DNA of 64,000 nt, taken from the NCBI GenBank assembly GCA_963698285.1, contig CAVOQF010000004.1, positions 22,876 to 86,875 on the forward strand, written 5' to 3'. Numbering within the stretch: the first letter of the stretch is position 1; each line of letters begins with the position of its first letter. Both the position numbers and the translations under genes were made by a program. A model generated the notes under the pieces. It ran no database searches. It was not told the DNA's origin and saw only the letters and a program-made list of their open reading frames with translations. Positions 12,333 to 21,917 of this stretch are shown here, one piece after another. This stretch comes from an uncultured Actinomycetota bacterium (GTDB lineage Bacteria > Actinomycetota > Actinomycetes > Actinomycetales > Micrococcaceae).

Positions 12333-12770
12333 TCAGGAGGTCCAGACGTAGAGTCCGGCCTTTGTGGCAGGGTCGACGCCGGCGGCCAGTTCGGCGAGCT
12401 GCCGCACGTAGCGCGCGGCCTGGTCGGCCCCGAAGGGCATGTCCTCCTCGGCGGCCCAGCTCTCGGCGACGTCGGCGAGGACGTCGCCGTCGCCCTCGGT
12501 CTCGTAGCTGAGCAGCTCCGCCAGGGCGCGGACCATGGCGGCAGGGACGCCCAGCAGCGAGTCGCTGGCGACGTCCACCATGGCCAGTTCGTAGTCGGCG
12601 CCCGCGGCATGCACGGCGGTGCCGGCCAGGTCCCCCAGCCGCTCGACCTCGAAGTCGCTGATCTCCGGGATCCGGACCGCTCCGGGGGCTGCTGCGGCGC
12701 CGCCGTCGAGGGCCGCGGCGCGCTTGAGGGCGGCGTCATGGGTGGAAACGAAGACTTCGGTGAATCCCAT
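12333..12770 (-). CDS. Hypothetical acidic protein
   Basis: ORF with host-like codon usage starting MGFTEVF; no motif recognised. Confidence 0.7.
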   Translation of the reverse strand: MGFTEVFVSTHDAALKRAAALDGGAAAAPGAVRIPEISDFEVERLGDLAGTAVHAAGADYELAMVDVASDSLLGVPAAMVRALAELLSYETEGDGDVLADVAESWAAEEDMPFGADQAARYVRQLAELAAGVDPATKAGLYVWTS

Positions 12771-12884
12771 GGAAGTGCTCCTCATGAGGGTCGGACTGGC
12801 TGGTTACCGGCGGCCGCACTGCAGGGGTGTACCTGCCGCGGCCGTCCGCTTTCAGCCTAGCCCAGCCGGCGCTGCACCCGGGCG

Positions 12885-13241
12885 GGACATGCCCTCCCCT
12901 GCCCGTGACCAATGGACATAATGCCACTATGTCCAATCCCGGCCGCTACGGATGGGCATGCCCGACGTGCCCGGCCAGCGACGGATGGGCATGCCCGGTG
13001 CCCTGGTCAGCGTCGGATGGACATGCCCTTCGCCACGTTGGCCACGCCCTGGCTCGTCGAGTTCCCCCACTGGACATGCCCGCCCTTGGTCGTGACCAAT
13101 GGACATAATGCCAGCTATGTCCAATCCCGGCCGCTACGGATGGGCATGCTCATCGGCGATGGAGGTGAAAGCTGGACATGCCCAGTGGTGGAGCCCAGAG
13201 GAGGACATGCCCGCTTCCGGCGCTCGGCACGGGGCATGTCC
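12885..13241. repeat. Array of GG(A/G)CATG(C/T)CC palindromes at ~29-33 bp period, with two ~80-bp duplicated units
   Basis: Copies at 12885, 12954, 12987, 13019, 13072, 13142, 13174, 13203, 13232; TGGACATA..TATGTCCA hairpins at 12913 and 13100. Confidence 0.85.
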
Positions 13242-13248
13242 GGACCGG

Positions 13249-14124
13249 CTAGCGGACGGCGACGCGGATCCGGTTGCGCCACGGATCCTCGAAGCGCAGT
13301 TCGGCACCGGTGTGGTGGGACTGGACCCCGGCCGTCTTGAGCCGGTCAGCCAGGGCTCCGACGTCGTCGCCCGAGGGCACCTCGATCAGCACCTCGCCGA
13401 GGCCCAGGGTGTCGCGGCGGGGCCCGGCGCCGCGGCTGTTCCAGACGTTCATGGCCATGTGGTGGTGGTAGCCGCCGGCGGAGACGAAGAGCGCCTGGCC
13501 GTGCCAGCCGGCGGTCTTCTCGAAGCCGAGGGTGCCGACGTAGAAGTCGTGGGCGGACTGGACGTCGCCGACCTGCAGGTGGACGTGCCCGACGCCGGCG
13601 TCCGCCTCGCGCTGGCCGGCAAGCGCCGCTTCGGTGAGGTGCTGTTCGAGGTAGCGCTGCGGCGGCAGGGCCAGGCTGTCCATAACGACGTTGGTGCCGT
13701 CCCAGGACCAGGCGTCGCGGGGGCGGTCCCAGTAGAGCTCGATGCCGTTGCCCTCGGGGTCGTTGAAGTAGAAGGCCTCGCTGACGAGGTGGTCGGCGCT
13801 GCCGGTGAAGGACTGCGGCTCGTACTGCGCGGCGGAGGCGATGGTGGCCGCGAGCGACGACTGGTCCTCGAACAGCAGGGCGGTGTGGAAGAGTCCGGCC
13901 TCGCCGCGGGAGGGCAGGTTCAGCCCGGGGGCGGGGGCCAGATGCACCAGCGGCTTCCGCCGGCGTCCCAGGTAGAGCCCGCCGTCCTGCTCGGCGACGA
14001 TATCGAGGCCGAGGGCGCGCTGGTAGTAGTCGGTCATGAGCTTCATGTCGCCGACCTTGAGCATCACGGTGCCCATGGTGAGGTCGGCCGGAAGGAGATC
14101 CTGGGTGCTGGCTTCTGCGGTCAT
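13249..14124 (-). CDS. VOC-family protein (two-domain glyoxalase, CatE-like)
   Basis: 'GLFHTALLF', 'DHLVSEAFYFNDPEGNGIELYWDRP', 'GHVHLQVGD', 'AGGYHHHMAMNVW'. Confidence 0.9.
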   Translation of the reverse strand: MTAEASTQDLLPADLTMGTVMLKVGDMKLMTDYYQRALGLDIVAEQDGGLYLGRRRKPLVHLAPAPGLNLPSRGEAGLFHTALLFEDQSSLAATIASAAQYEPQSFTGSADHLVSEAFYFNDPEGNGIELYWDRPRDAWSWDGTNVVMDSLALPPQRYLEQHLTEAALAGQREADAGVGHVHLQVGDVQSAHDFYVGTLGFEKTAGWHGQALFVSAGGYHHHMAMNVWNSRGAGPRRDTLGLGEVLIEVPSGDDVGALADRLKTAGVQSHHTGAELRFEDPWRNRIRVAVR

Positions 14125-14185
14125 GGAAACGCTCCGGTGGTCCTGCGGCCGCCGACCTTCGGCGACCCTACATAGAGTAAATTAC

Positions 14186-14197
14186 TTGAAGCTTCAA
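14186..14197. promoter_or_regulatory. Perfect palindrome upstream of VOC gene, candidate operator
   Basis: TTGAAGCTTCAA in an AT-rich patch ~60 bp upstream of the VOC start; function inferred. Confidence 0.4.
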
Positions 14198-15303
14198 TTT
14201 ATTCCTAATGGCCGGAGCTCCCGGCCAAGCACGTCGCCGCGCAGCACAATGTGCCTGGGTCCGCGGAGGGTGGAAAGGTTTTCGCGCGGATCCCCGGCGC
14301 AGACCAGCACGTCCGCGCTGGCGCCTTCGGCGATGCCGGGCGCCCCCAGCCAGTCCCGCGCGGCCCAGCTGCCGGCGTCGAGCGCCGCCGCGGCCGGAAG
14401 CCCGGCGGCGTGCAGCGCCTCGAGTTCATCCACGATCCGGCCGTGCCGGATGACGCTGCCGGCGTCCGTGCCCGCGTAGACGGCCACGCCGGCCTCATGG
14501 GCTTCGAGAATCCGTTCCGCGCGGCGCTCCCAGAGCGAACGCATGTGCGCCGCGTACCGGGGGAACTTCGCCTCCGCCTGCGCCGCGATGTCCGGGAAGG
14601 TGGCGATGTTGATCAGTGTGGGCACGATCGGGACGCCCTGCTCAACGAAACGCGGCAGGTGCCGAGGGAGCAGGCCGGTGGCGTGTTCGATGCAGTCGAT
14701 TCCGGCGTCGAGCATGTCGTCGAGGGTGTCCTCCGCGAAGCAGTGCGCCGTGACGCGGGCGCCCTCGTCGTGGGCGGCCTGGACCGCGTCCCTGACGCTC
14801 CGGGCCGGGAAGCTCGCCGCGAGGTCTCCGGCGTCGCGGTCTATCCAGTCCCCCACCAGCTTCACCCAGCCGTCCCCGGCACGGGCCTGCTTGCGCACGG
14901 CCTCCACCAGGTCCTCGGGTTCCACTTCGACGGCGAAGCCCCGGAGGTACCGGCGTGTCCTCGCGATGTGCCGGCCCGAGCGGATGAGCCGCGGCAGGTC
15001 GGCACGCTGCTGGATCCAGCCGGTGTCATGGACGGCGCCGGCATCGCGGACCAGCAGGGTTCCGGCGTCGCGGTCGGTCACGGCCTGCCGCTCCGCCACG
15101 TGCTCCGGGACGTCGCCGCCGGGACCGAGCCCGATGTGGCAGTGCGCGTCGACGAGTCCGGGAAGGACCCAGCCGTCGAGGACCAGGTCCGGCGCGGCGG
15201 AGGGCCGGCGGAAGGTGAAAAGACCGTCCACGGACCACAGGCCATGATGCTCCGTGCCGGGTCCGGTGAGGACGGTGCCGCTGAACTCGATGATGCGGGT
15301 CAT
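14194..15303 (-). CDS. Amidohydrolase family protein
   Basis: 'PGLVDAHCH', 'VTAH', 'IEHA', 'AGTDAG' metal-binding motifs. Confidence 0.9.
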   Translation of the reverse strand: MTRIIEFSGTVLTGPGTEHHGLWSVDGLFTFRRPSAAPDLVLDGWVLPGLVDAHCHIGLGPGGDVPEHVAERQAVTDRDAGTLLVRDAGAVHDTGWIQQRADLPRLIRSGRHIARTRRYLRGFAVEVEPEDLVEAVRKQARAGDGWVKLVGDWIDRDAGDLAASFPARSVRDAVQAAHDEGARVTAHCFAEDTLDDMLDAGIDCIEHATGLLPRHLPRFVEQGVPIVPTLINIATFPDIAAQAEAKFPRYAAHMRSLWERRAERILEAHEAGVAVYAGTDAGSVIRHGRIVDELEALHAAGLPAAAALDAGSWAARDWLGAPGIAEGASADVLVCAGDPRENLSTLRGPRHIVLRGDVLGRELRPLGIN

Positions 15304-15306
15304 GGC

Positions 15307-15857
15307 TTAAAGCCTAAGTCGCATGACGACCCGCCGGCCAAGATCGTCCAGCCCCAGCTGCGCTTCGTGGGTCCGCAGGGCCGCCAGTTGGCCCGAGGGG
15401 GCGGTGACCACCTCGAAGCCGCAGCGGGCGTAGAACGGTGCATTGAACGGAACGTCGGCAAACGTGCAAAGCGTGATCGATGCATAACCGCGGCTCCGGG
15501 CGGCGTCGATTGCCGCCTCCACAAGTGACCTGCCGAGCCCTCGCCCGGCGAAGTCCGGATGTACCGAGAGTTGTTCCAGATGGGCCTGTCCGTCCACTTC
15601 GTCGACGCGGGCAAACCCCACCGGCGGCGCCCCGGCGACCAGACAGGCGACCAGAAAGAAGGGCGGGCCATCCGCCGTCGACGGGCCATCCGCCGCGGAC
15701 GGCTCAGTTGCCGGCAGCTGCAGAAGCCGGGAACCCGGGGGCTGGAAGTGCCCGGTCTCCCAGCGCCGCCTCGAGCAACCGGTCAGCCGCCAGCCTCGAG
15801 GGCCGGCAGGGCCGCGAGGTCTTCCGGCGTTGCCGGCCTGATGCGGGGCCCGGACAC
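15307..15857 (-). CDS. GNAT family acetyltransferase (frameshifted 5' part)
   Basis: GTG 'SGPRIRPATPEDLAALP' joins 'HLEQLSVHPDFAGRGLGRSL..NAPFYARCGF'. Confidence 0.8.
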
Positions 15858-15858
15858 G

Positions 15859-16608
15859 TCAGGACGCGTGGGCGTGCCGGCTGCGGTTCACGTCGGCGAT
15901 GAACGTCCGGATGGCACGGTTCCCCTCGGCCGAGTCCTGGGGCCGGTGCCCGCCCGGGGCGGTGCGGTGCAGGGCACCCGTCTCCCGCAGGTAGCCGGCA
16001 ATTTCCTCGTAGAGCGGTTCCCAGCCGCCGGTGAGGACCAGGGTGGGCACACCCGGCACGATGTGCAGCGGCGCGTCCCACGGCGGGGCCTGCAGCCTGA
16101 GTCGGCGGGCCTCCCGCCCGTCGTCGGCGGCGGGGGGCCCCTGGCTGCCGCGGACCGGGGCGTGGGCGGCGAACACGCGGCGCACGAACTCGCGGTGGAA
16201 GTCCTCGTCGCCGAGGTTGTGGCGGACGTCGAAGAGCGGCTGCATGAGGGCCCGGTGCGCAGCGGTGGCCGGCAGCTCGGCGGTGAGCGAGAGGCAGGCC
16301 GGTTCCACCAGGGTGAGGGATTGGACGAGGTCGGGGCGTTCGACGGCGGCCATCATCGCGGCGATGGCGCCCTGGGAGTGCGCCACGACGTGGCCCCCGG
16401 CGGCGCCGCGGCCGTCGTCGGCCAGGGCACGGAGCACAATGCCGGCGTCGGCGGCGAAGTCCGTTTCGAGCGGTTCGGCGACCGGGTCGAAGCCGTGCCG
16501 CCGCAGGAACAGGGCGTCGTAGCTCAACGCCATGCCGTGCTGTTTCGGCCACGCCGCGGCGCCGAAGCTGCCGGCCCCGTGGACGAAGACTACGCGCTGC
16601 TTGAACAT
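15859..16608 (-). CDS. Alpha/beta hydrolase
   Basis: 'VFVHGAG', nucleophile elbow 'AHSQG', C-terminal 'GGHRP'. Confidence 0.88.
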   Translation of the reverse strand: MFKQRVVFVHGAGSFGAAAWPKQHGMALSYDALFLRRHGFDPVAEPLETDFAADAGIVLRALADDGRGAAGGHVVAHSQGAIAAMMAAVERPDLVQSLTLVEPACLSLTAELPATAAHRALMQPLFDVRHNLGDEDFHREFVRRVFAAHAPVRGSQGPPAADDGREARRLRLQAPPWDAPLHIVPGVPTLVLTGGWEPLYEEIAGYLRETGALHRTAPGGHRPQDSAEGNRAIRTFIADVNRSRHAHAS

Positions 16609-16705
16609 GTCCTAAGCCTATGGCACCCGTCGGTCATCGGAGCCGGCGACATACTGGCCGCGGCTTACTGGCGCGCGACATCCTGTCGGGGCAAGCCGGC
16701 GTCCG

Positions 16706-18292
16706 CTACTTGCTGCCGCCGAGGAACTTGTCGAAGCCCTTGGGCAGGTTCAGCTGGGACGGGTCAAAGTCCCCGCCCTGCTGGCCGAAGGCTGCTCCGG
16801 TGGGCAGGGCCTTGGGGCCGGCGGCGCGCCGTGCTTCCGCGTCCTTGAGCTCCTGGGCGGCCTTGGCCGGGTTGCCGGACCGGGCCTTCTTCTTGGGCGC
16901 CGCCTTGGCGCCCTTGCGGGCTCCGCCGCCGCCCATCCCGGGCATCCCCGGCATCCCTGGCATGCCGCCGCCGGCCGCCATCTTCTTCATCATCTTCTGC
17001 GCCTGCGCGAAACGCTCCAGCAGGCCGTTGACCTCGGAGACGTGCACACCGGAACCGCGGGCAATGCGGGCCCGGCGGGAGCCGTTGATGATCTTCGGGG
17101 CCACCCGCTCGTGCGGGGTCATGGACCGGACGATCGCCTCGACGCGGTCGATCTCGCGCTCGTCGAACTGCTCCAGCTGCTGGCGGATGTTCTGCGCCCC
17201 GGGCATCATCATGAGCATCTTCTTCATCGAGCCCATGTTGCGGATCTGCTGCATCTGGGCGAGGAAGTCCTCGAGCGTGAAGTCTTCCTGGTCGGCGAAC
17301 TTCTTCGCCATCCGGGCCGCTTCGTCCTTGTCCCAGGACTTTTCGGCCTGCTCGATCAGGGTGAGTACGTCGCCCATGTCGAGGATGCGCGAGGCCATCC
17401 GGTCCGGGTGGAAGAGCTCGAAGTCGTCCAGGCCTTCACCGGTGGACGCGAACATGACCGGCTTGCCGGTGACCGACGCGACGGACAGCGCGGCGCCGCC
17501 GCGGGCGTCGCCGTCGAGCTTGGAGAGCACGATGCCGGTGAAGTTGACGCCTTCGTCGAAGGCCATCGCCGTGTTGACGGCGTCCTGGCCGATCATCGAG
17601 TCGATCACGAAGAGGACTTCGTTGGGCACGATGGCCCGGCGGATCTGGCGGGCCTGCTCCATCATTTCGGCGTCGACGCCGAGCCGGCCGGCGGTGTCCA
17701 CGATCACGACGTCGTGCAGGGTGCGCTTGGCTTCCTCGACGCCGGCACGGGCGACGGCGACCGGGTCGCCGGCGGGGTGGTCCAGTTCGGTGGAGGTGGC
17801 ACCCGGGTGCGGGGCGAAGACGGGGACGCCGGCGCGCTGGCCGACCACCTGCAGCTGGGTCACGGCGTTGGGGCGCTGCAGGTCGCAGGCGACCAGCATG
17901 GGGCTGTGGCCCTGGGCCTTGAGGAACTTGGAGAGCTTGCCGGCGAGGGTCGTCTTACCGGCACCCTGGAGGCCGGCGAGCATGATGATGGTGGGCCCGG
18001 TCTTGGCGAGCCGGATCCGGCGGGTTTCGCCGCCGAGGATCTCGACGAGTTCCTCGTTGACGATCTTCACGATCTGCTGGCTCGGGTTGAGCGCCCCGGA
18101 GACCTCGACGCCGAGGGCACGTTCGCGCACGCGGGCGGTGAACTCCCGGACCACCGGGACGGCAACGTCCGCGTCCAGCAGGGCACGCCGGATTTCGCGG
18201 ACCGTGGCGTCAACGTCCGCCTCGGTGAGGCGGCCCTTGCCACGGAGGTTCTTGAAGGTTGCTGTCAACCGGTCAGAGAGTGAATTGAACAC
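16706..18292 (-). CDS. ffh: Signal recognition particle protein
   Basis: 'GLQGAGKTT', 'DTAGR', 'SKLDGDARGG', M-domain 'SRRARIARGSG'; GTG start at 18292. Confidence 0.98.
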   Translation of the reverse strand: MFNSLSDRLTATFKNLRGKGRLTEADVDATVREIRRALLDADVAVPVVREFTARVRERALGVEVSGALNPSQQIVKIVNEELVEILGGETRRIRLAKTGPTIIMLAGLQGAGKTTLAGKLSKFLKAQGHSPMLVACDLQRPNAVTQLQVVGQRAGVPVFAPHPGATSTELDHPAGDPVAVARAGVEEAKRTLHDVVIVDTAGRLGVDAEMMEQARQIRRAIVPNEVLFVIDSMIGQDAVNTAMAFDEGVNFTGIVLSKLDGDARGGAALSVASVTGKPVMFASTGEGLDDFELFHPDRMASRILDMGDVLTLIEQAEKSWDKDEAARMAKKFADQEDFTLEDFLAQMQQIRNMGSMKKMLMMMPGAQNIRQQLEQFDEREIDRVEAIVRSMTPHERVAPKIINGSRRARIARGSGVHVSEVNGLLERFAQAQKMMKKMAAGGGMPGMPGMPGMGGGGARKGAKAAPKKKARSGNPAKAAQELKDAEARRAAGPKALPTGAAFGQQGGDFDPSQLNLPKGFDKFLGGSK

Positions 18293-18442
18293 GCGCCGTG
18301 CACTTCTTTCAGTGGATCTGCAGCTGGCGGCCGGTGCGGCACGCCAGAGTCGTGGCTGTTTCGCCGGAACGAACTGCCTCGACAACGGGACTCGACTATC
18401 TAGGGTACCAAGACGCGCCTTCAAGATGGCATGCTGGCTTAG

Positions 18443-19831
18443 GTGACCAGTCAAACAACGGTAAAAACCCTGCTCATCCTCGGCGCCTCGGGCGACCTCA
18501 CCGGCAGGCTGCTGCTGCCGGGCCTGGCGCGGCTGGTGGCGAGGGGCCACGCGACGGGCCTCCGGCTGGTGGGCGCGGGCTCGGACGACTGGTCACCGGA
18601 ACAGTGGCTGGAGCGGCTGGAGACGTCCTTCGCCGACGCCAACACCCAGGCCGACTCCGGCGGCAAGCGGGAGCTCAAGCGGATCCGCGAAACCACCAGC
18701 TACCACCGGCTGGACGTCACCGCCGAGGGCGAGCTTGCCGGGCTCCTGGCCACGCTCGAGGGCCCGGTGGCCGTGTATTTCGCTTTGCCGCCGAGAATCA
18801 GCCAGCTGGCCTGCGAGGCCCTGGCCCCGGAGCAGGTGCCCGCCGGAACCCGGCTGGTGATGGAAAAACCGTTCGGTTCCAGCGAGGAGTCCGCGCGGGA
18901 GCTCAACAAGACGCTGCGGGCCCTCGTCCCCGAGGACCACATCCACCGGGTGGACCACTTCCTGGGCAAGGCCACGGTGCTCAACATCCTGGGCCTGCGC
19001 TTCGCGAACACCTTCCTGGAGCCGGTGTGGAACCGGGAGCATATCGAGAAGGTGGAGATCATCTTCGACGAAGACCTCGCGCTCGAGGGCCGGGCCCGCT
19101 ACTACGACGGCGCCGGGGCGCTGCGCGACATGATCCAGAGCCACCTGCTGCAGATCATGGCGCTGATGGCGATCGAGCCGCCCGCCTCGGTGGACGAACG
19201 GGACCTCCGGGACGCCGTCGCCACGGTCCTGCGCGCCAGCAGCGTCAAGGCCCCGTACGCCAGGAACACCCGCCGCGCCCGGTACACGGCAGGTTCCATC
19301 GACGGCCGGAAGGTCCCGGACTACGCCAGGGAAGAGGGCGTGGACGCGTCCCGGAACACCGAGACCCTCGCCGAGGTGCAGGTGGACATCGACAACTGGC
19401 GCTGGCAGGGCGTGCCGTTCATCCTCCGCTCGGGCAAGGCACTGGGCGCCAAGCGCAAGGAAGCCGTGGTGACCTTCCGGCCGGTGCCGCACCTGCCCAG
19501 GGGCTTCACCGGCGTGGACTCCCCCAACCAGCTGCGGATCGGCTTCGGCCCGGACACGCTGCAGTTCGACGTCGACGTGAACGGCCCCGGCAACGTCCTG
19601 AGCCTGGACCGGGCCACCCTACAGGCCGAACTCAGCGCCTCCGAGCTGCTCCCCTACGGTGAAGTCCTCGAGGGGGTGCTCACCGGCGACCCGCTGCTGT
19701 CCGTGCGCGGCGACACCGCGGAAGACTGCTGGCGCATCATCGAACCCGTGCTGAAGGCGTGGGCCCGGGACAGCGTGCCGCTGGAGGAATACGCCGCCGG
19801 GTCAACCGGCCCTGAGGGCTGGACGGCGTAG
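18443..19831 (+). CDS. zwf: Glucose-6-phosphate dehydrogenase (stand-alone paralog)
   Basis: 'GASGDL', 'EKPFG', 'RVDHFLGK', 'RDMIQSHLLQ', 'WQGVPFILRSGK'. Confidence 0.93.
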   Translation: MTSQTTVKTLLILGASGDLTGRLLLPGLARLVARGHATGLRLVGAGSDDWSPEQWLERLETSFADANTQADSGGKRELKRIRETTSYHRLDVTAEGELAGLLATLEGPVAVYFALPPRISQLACEALAPEQVPAGTRLVMEKPFGSSEESARELNKTLRALVPEDHIHRVDHFLGKATVLNILGLRFANTFLEPVWNREHIEKVEIIFDEDLALEGRARYYDGAGALRDMIQSHLLQIMALMAIEPPASVDERDLRDAVATVLRASSVKAPYARNTRRARYTAGSIDGRKVPDYAREEGVDASRNTETLAEVQVDIDNWRWQGVPFILRSGKALGAKRKEAVVTFRPVPHLPRGFTGVDSPNQLRIGFGPDTLQFDVDVNGPGNVLSLDRATLQAELSASELLPYGEVLEGVLTGDPLLSVRGDTAEDCWRIIEPVLKAWARDSVPLEEYAAGSTGPEGWTA

Positions 19832-19857
19832 CGGCAGGAGCCGCGGACCACACAAGA

Positions 19858-19891
19858 GCGGGCCGGATACCTTCCCAGGTATCCGGCCCGC
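19858..19891. terminator. Hairpin between convergent zwf and glnK
   Basis: gcgggccggatacct-tccc-aggtatccggcccgc. Confidence 0.7.
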
Positions 19892-19945
19892 TGTCGCAAC
19901 CCTCATTCGCTGACCGCTGGCGCGGGTGCGGCTGGAGGGCTGACC

Positions 19946-20284
19946 CTAGATCGCTGCCGCGCCGCGTTCCCCGGTGCGGACCCGCACTGCCTCGAACACA
20001 TCCATCGTCCAGACCTTCCCGTCGCCGGCCCGGCCGGTGTTCGAGCTGGCGATGATGACATCCAGGATGTCGTCCGCCTGCTCGTCGGTGGCCAGCACCT
20101 CGACCCGGATCTTGGGCAGCAGGTCCACGTTGTACTCGGCGCCGCGGTACACCTCGGTGTAGCCGCGCTGCCGGCCGTAGCCGCTGGCCGCGCTGACCGT
20201 CAGGCCCTGCACGCCGTAGGCTTCCAGGCCCTCCCGGATGGTGTCGAGCTTTTCCGGACGGACGATTGCTGTGATCAGTTTCAT
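19946..20284 (-). CDS. glnK: Nitrogen regulatory protein P-II
   Basis: 112 aa, 'GYGRQRGYTEVYRGAEY', 'GDGKVW'; coupled to amtB. Confidence 0.95.
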   Translation of the reverse strand: MKLITAIVRPEKLDTIREGLEAYGVQGLTVSAASGYGRQRGYTEVYRGAEYNVDLLPKIRVEVLATDEQADDILDVIIASSNTGRAGDGKVWTMDVFEAVRVRTGERGAAAI

Positions 20285-21651
20285 GCCCCCACACTTTCCT
20301 TGCCTGCTGCGGACTTCTTGCCGTTGGACGCGGCGTCCACGGTTCCGGTGGCCGGGGCTGCCGTGGCGTCGCCCTGGGCCTTGCCGGTGATGAGCTCATG
20401 CAGCGGGGTGAAGCTGCCGCCGTGGCCGCCGACGCCGAACTCGTAGGCGGTCTCGGCGTGCAGGCTCAGGTCGACACCCACCACTTCCTGCTCCTGGGAA
20501 ACCCGGAAGCCCATGGTCTTGTGGATCGCGAGGGCGATCACCGCGGTCAGGACGGCCGAGTAGGCGATTGCGATGCCGGCCGCTGCGAGCTGGGCCCAGA
20601 GCTGGGTGAATCCGCCGCCGTAGAAGAGGCCGCCGCCCACGCCGTCGGCCGGGAGGGCGATGAAGCCCAGCGCCACGGTGCCGATGATGCCGGAGACCAG
20701 GTGGACACCGACGACGTCGAGCGAGTCGTCGAAGCCCCAGCGGAACTTGAGGCCCACGGCGAGGGCGGAGGCGACGCCGGCAACCAGGCCGAGGCCAAGC
20801 GCGCCGACCGGGCTGACGTTGGCGCAGGCCGGGGTGATCGCGACCAGGCCGGCCACCACACCGGAGGCTGCACCAAGGGAGGTCGGGTGGCCGTCGCGGA
20901 TGCGCTCCGTGACGAGCCAGCCGAGCATGGCCGCGGCCGGGGCTGCCAGGGTGTTGACCCAGATCAGGCCGCCCTGTTCCGCCGTCGTCGCCGCGCCGCC
21001 GTTGAAGCCGAACCAGCCGAACCAGAGGATCGCGGCGCCCAGCATCACGAACGGGATGTTGTGCGGGCGGTGGTTGGGGTCCTTGCCGAAGCCCTTGCGG
21101 TTGCCGATGATCAGCACGAGGATCAGCGCGGCAACACCGGCGTTGATGTGCACCACGGTGCCGCCGGCGAAGTCAATGGCCGGGCCGAGGGCCTGGCCGA
21201 TGGCGCCTTCCGGGCCGAACAGCCCGCCGCCCCAGACCATGTAGGCCAGCGGGCAGTACACCAGCGTGACCCAGACCGGGACGAAGACGGACCAGGCGCC
21301 GAACTTGGCGCGGTCCGCGATCGCGCCGCTGATCAGGGCGACGGTGATGATGGCGAAGGTGGCCGCGTAGCCGACCTTGATCAGGCCGTCCGGCGTGTCG
21401 ATGCCTTCGAGGCCGAAGGTGGCGAACGGGTTGCCGACAATCTGCAGGAACCCTTCGCCCGAGCTCATCGAGGCGCCCCAGAGCACCCAGACAACGCCGA
21501 CCATGCCGATGGAGATGAAGCTCATCATCATCATGTTCAGCGCTGCCTTGGCGCGCGTCATGCCGCCGTAGAAAAATGCCAGTCCTGGTGTCATGAACAG
21601 CACGAGTGCTGCCGCCACCATCAGCCATACGTGACCTGCGGTAAGTTCCAT
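20281..21651 (-). CDS. amtB: Ammonium transporter
   Basis: 'MTPGLAFFYGG', 'DFAGGTVVHINAG', 'LWFGWFGFNGG', 'DDSLDVVGVH'. Confidence 0.97.
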   Translation of the reverse strand: MELTAGHVWLMVAAALVLFMTPGLAFFYGGMTRAKAALNMMMMSFISIGMVGVVWVLWGASMSSGEGFLQIVGNPFATFGLEGIDTPDGLIKVGYAATFAIITVALISGAIADRAKFGAWSVFVPVWVTLVYCPLAYMVWGGGLFGPEGAIGQALGPAIDFAGGTVVHINAGVAALILVLIIGNRKGFGKDPNHRPHNIPFVMLGAAILWFGWFGFNGGAATTAEQGGLIWVNTLAAPAAAMLGWLVTERIRDGHPTSLGAASGVVAGLVAITPACANVSPVGALGLGLVAGVASALAVGLKFRWGFDDSLDVVGVHLVSGIIGTVALGFIALPADGVGGGLFYGGGFTQLWAQLAAAGIAIAYSAVLTAVIALAIHKTMGFRVSQEQEVVGVDLSLHAETAYEFGVGGHGGSFTPLHELITGKAQGDATAAPATGTVDAASNGKKSAAGKESVGA

Positions 21652-21765
21652 GGTGCACGTCCTCCCTTGCTTGGAAATAAGTCCGATGCGATTCGGTGAA
21701 GTCCGGCGGATGGCTCCGCCTGTCCCAACGCTGTTTGCGTTCTAAGAAGAGTTTGCTGGCGCCGT

Positions 21766-21856
21766 GTTTCACCGGCGGAGGATTTACATTGCCGGGGTGT
21801 TACAAGAACCGCCGGGAAGTAAATGGTGGGTCTCGCGCTTGTTACGGTTATGTTTC
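21766..21856 (-). promoter_or_regulatory. GlnR-box array upstream of amtB-glnK
   Basis: Minus strand GAAAC-n6-GTAAC-n6-GAGAC-n6-TTTAC (11-bp period, 21819-21856) plus further GTAAC and GAAAC; fits the actinobacterial GlnR GTnAC-n6-GaAAC consensus. Confidence 0.7.
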
Positions 21857-21917
21857 ACGCGATCAATCACGCCCCGGCCGCCCTCGAGGCACCAAGAGCA
21901 GTACCGAAAGCAGCACC

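Noticed and set aside
12885-13241. CRISPR array
   Set aside because: The repeat is only ~10 bp, spacing is irregular, some spacers are duplicated, and there is no leader or cas gene; kept as a non-CRISPR array finding
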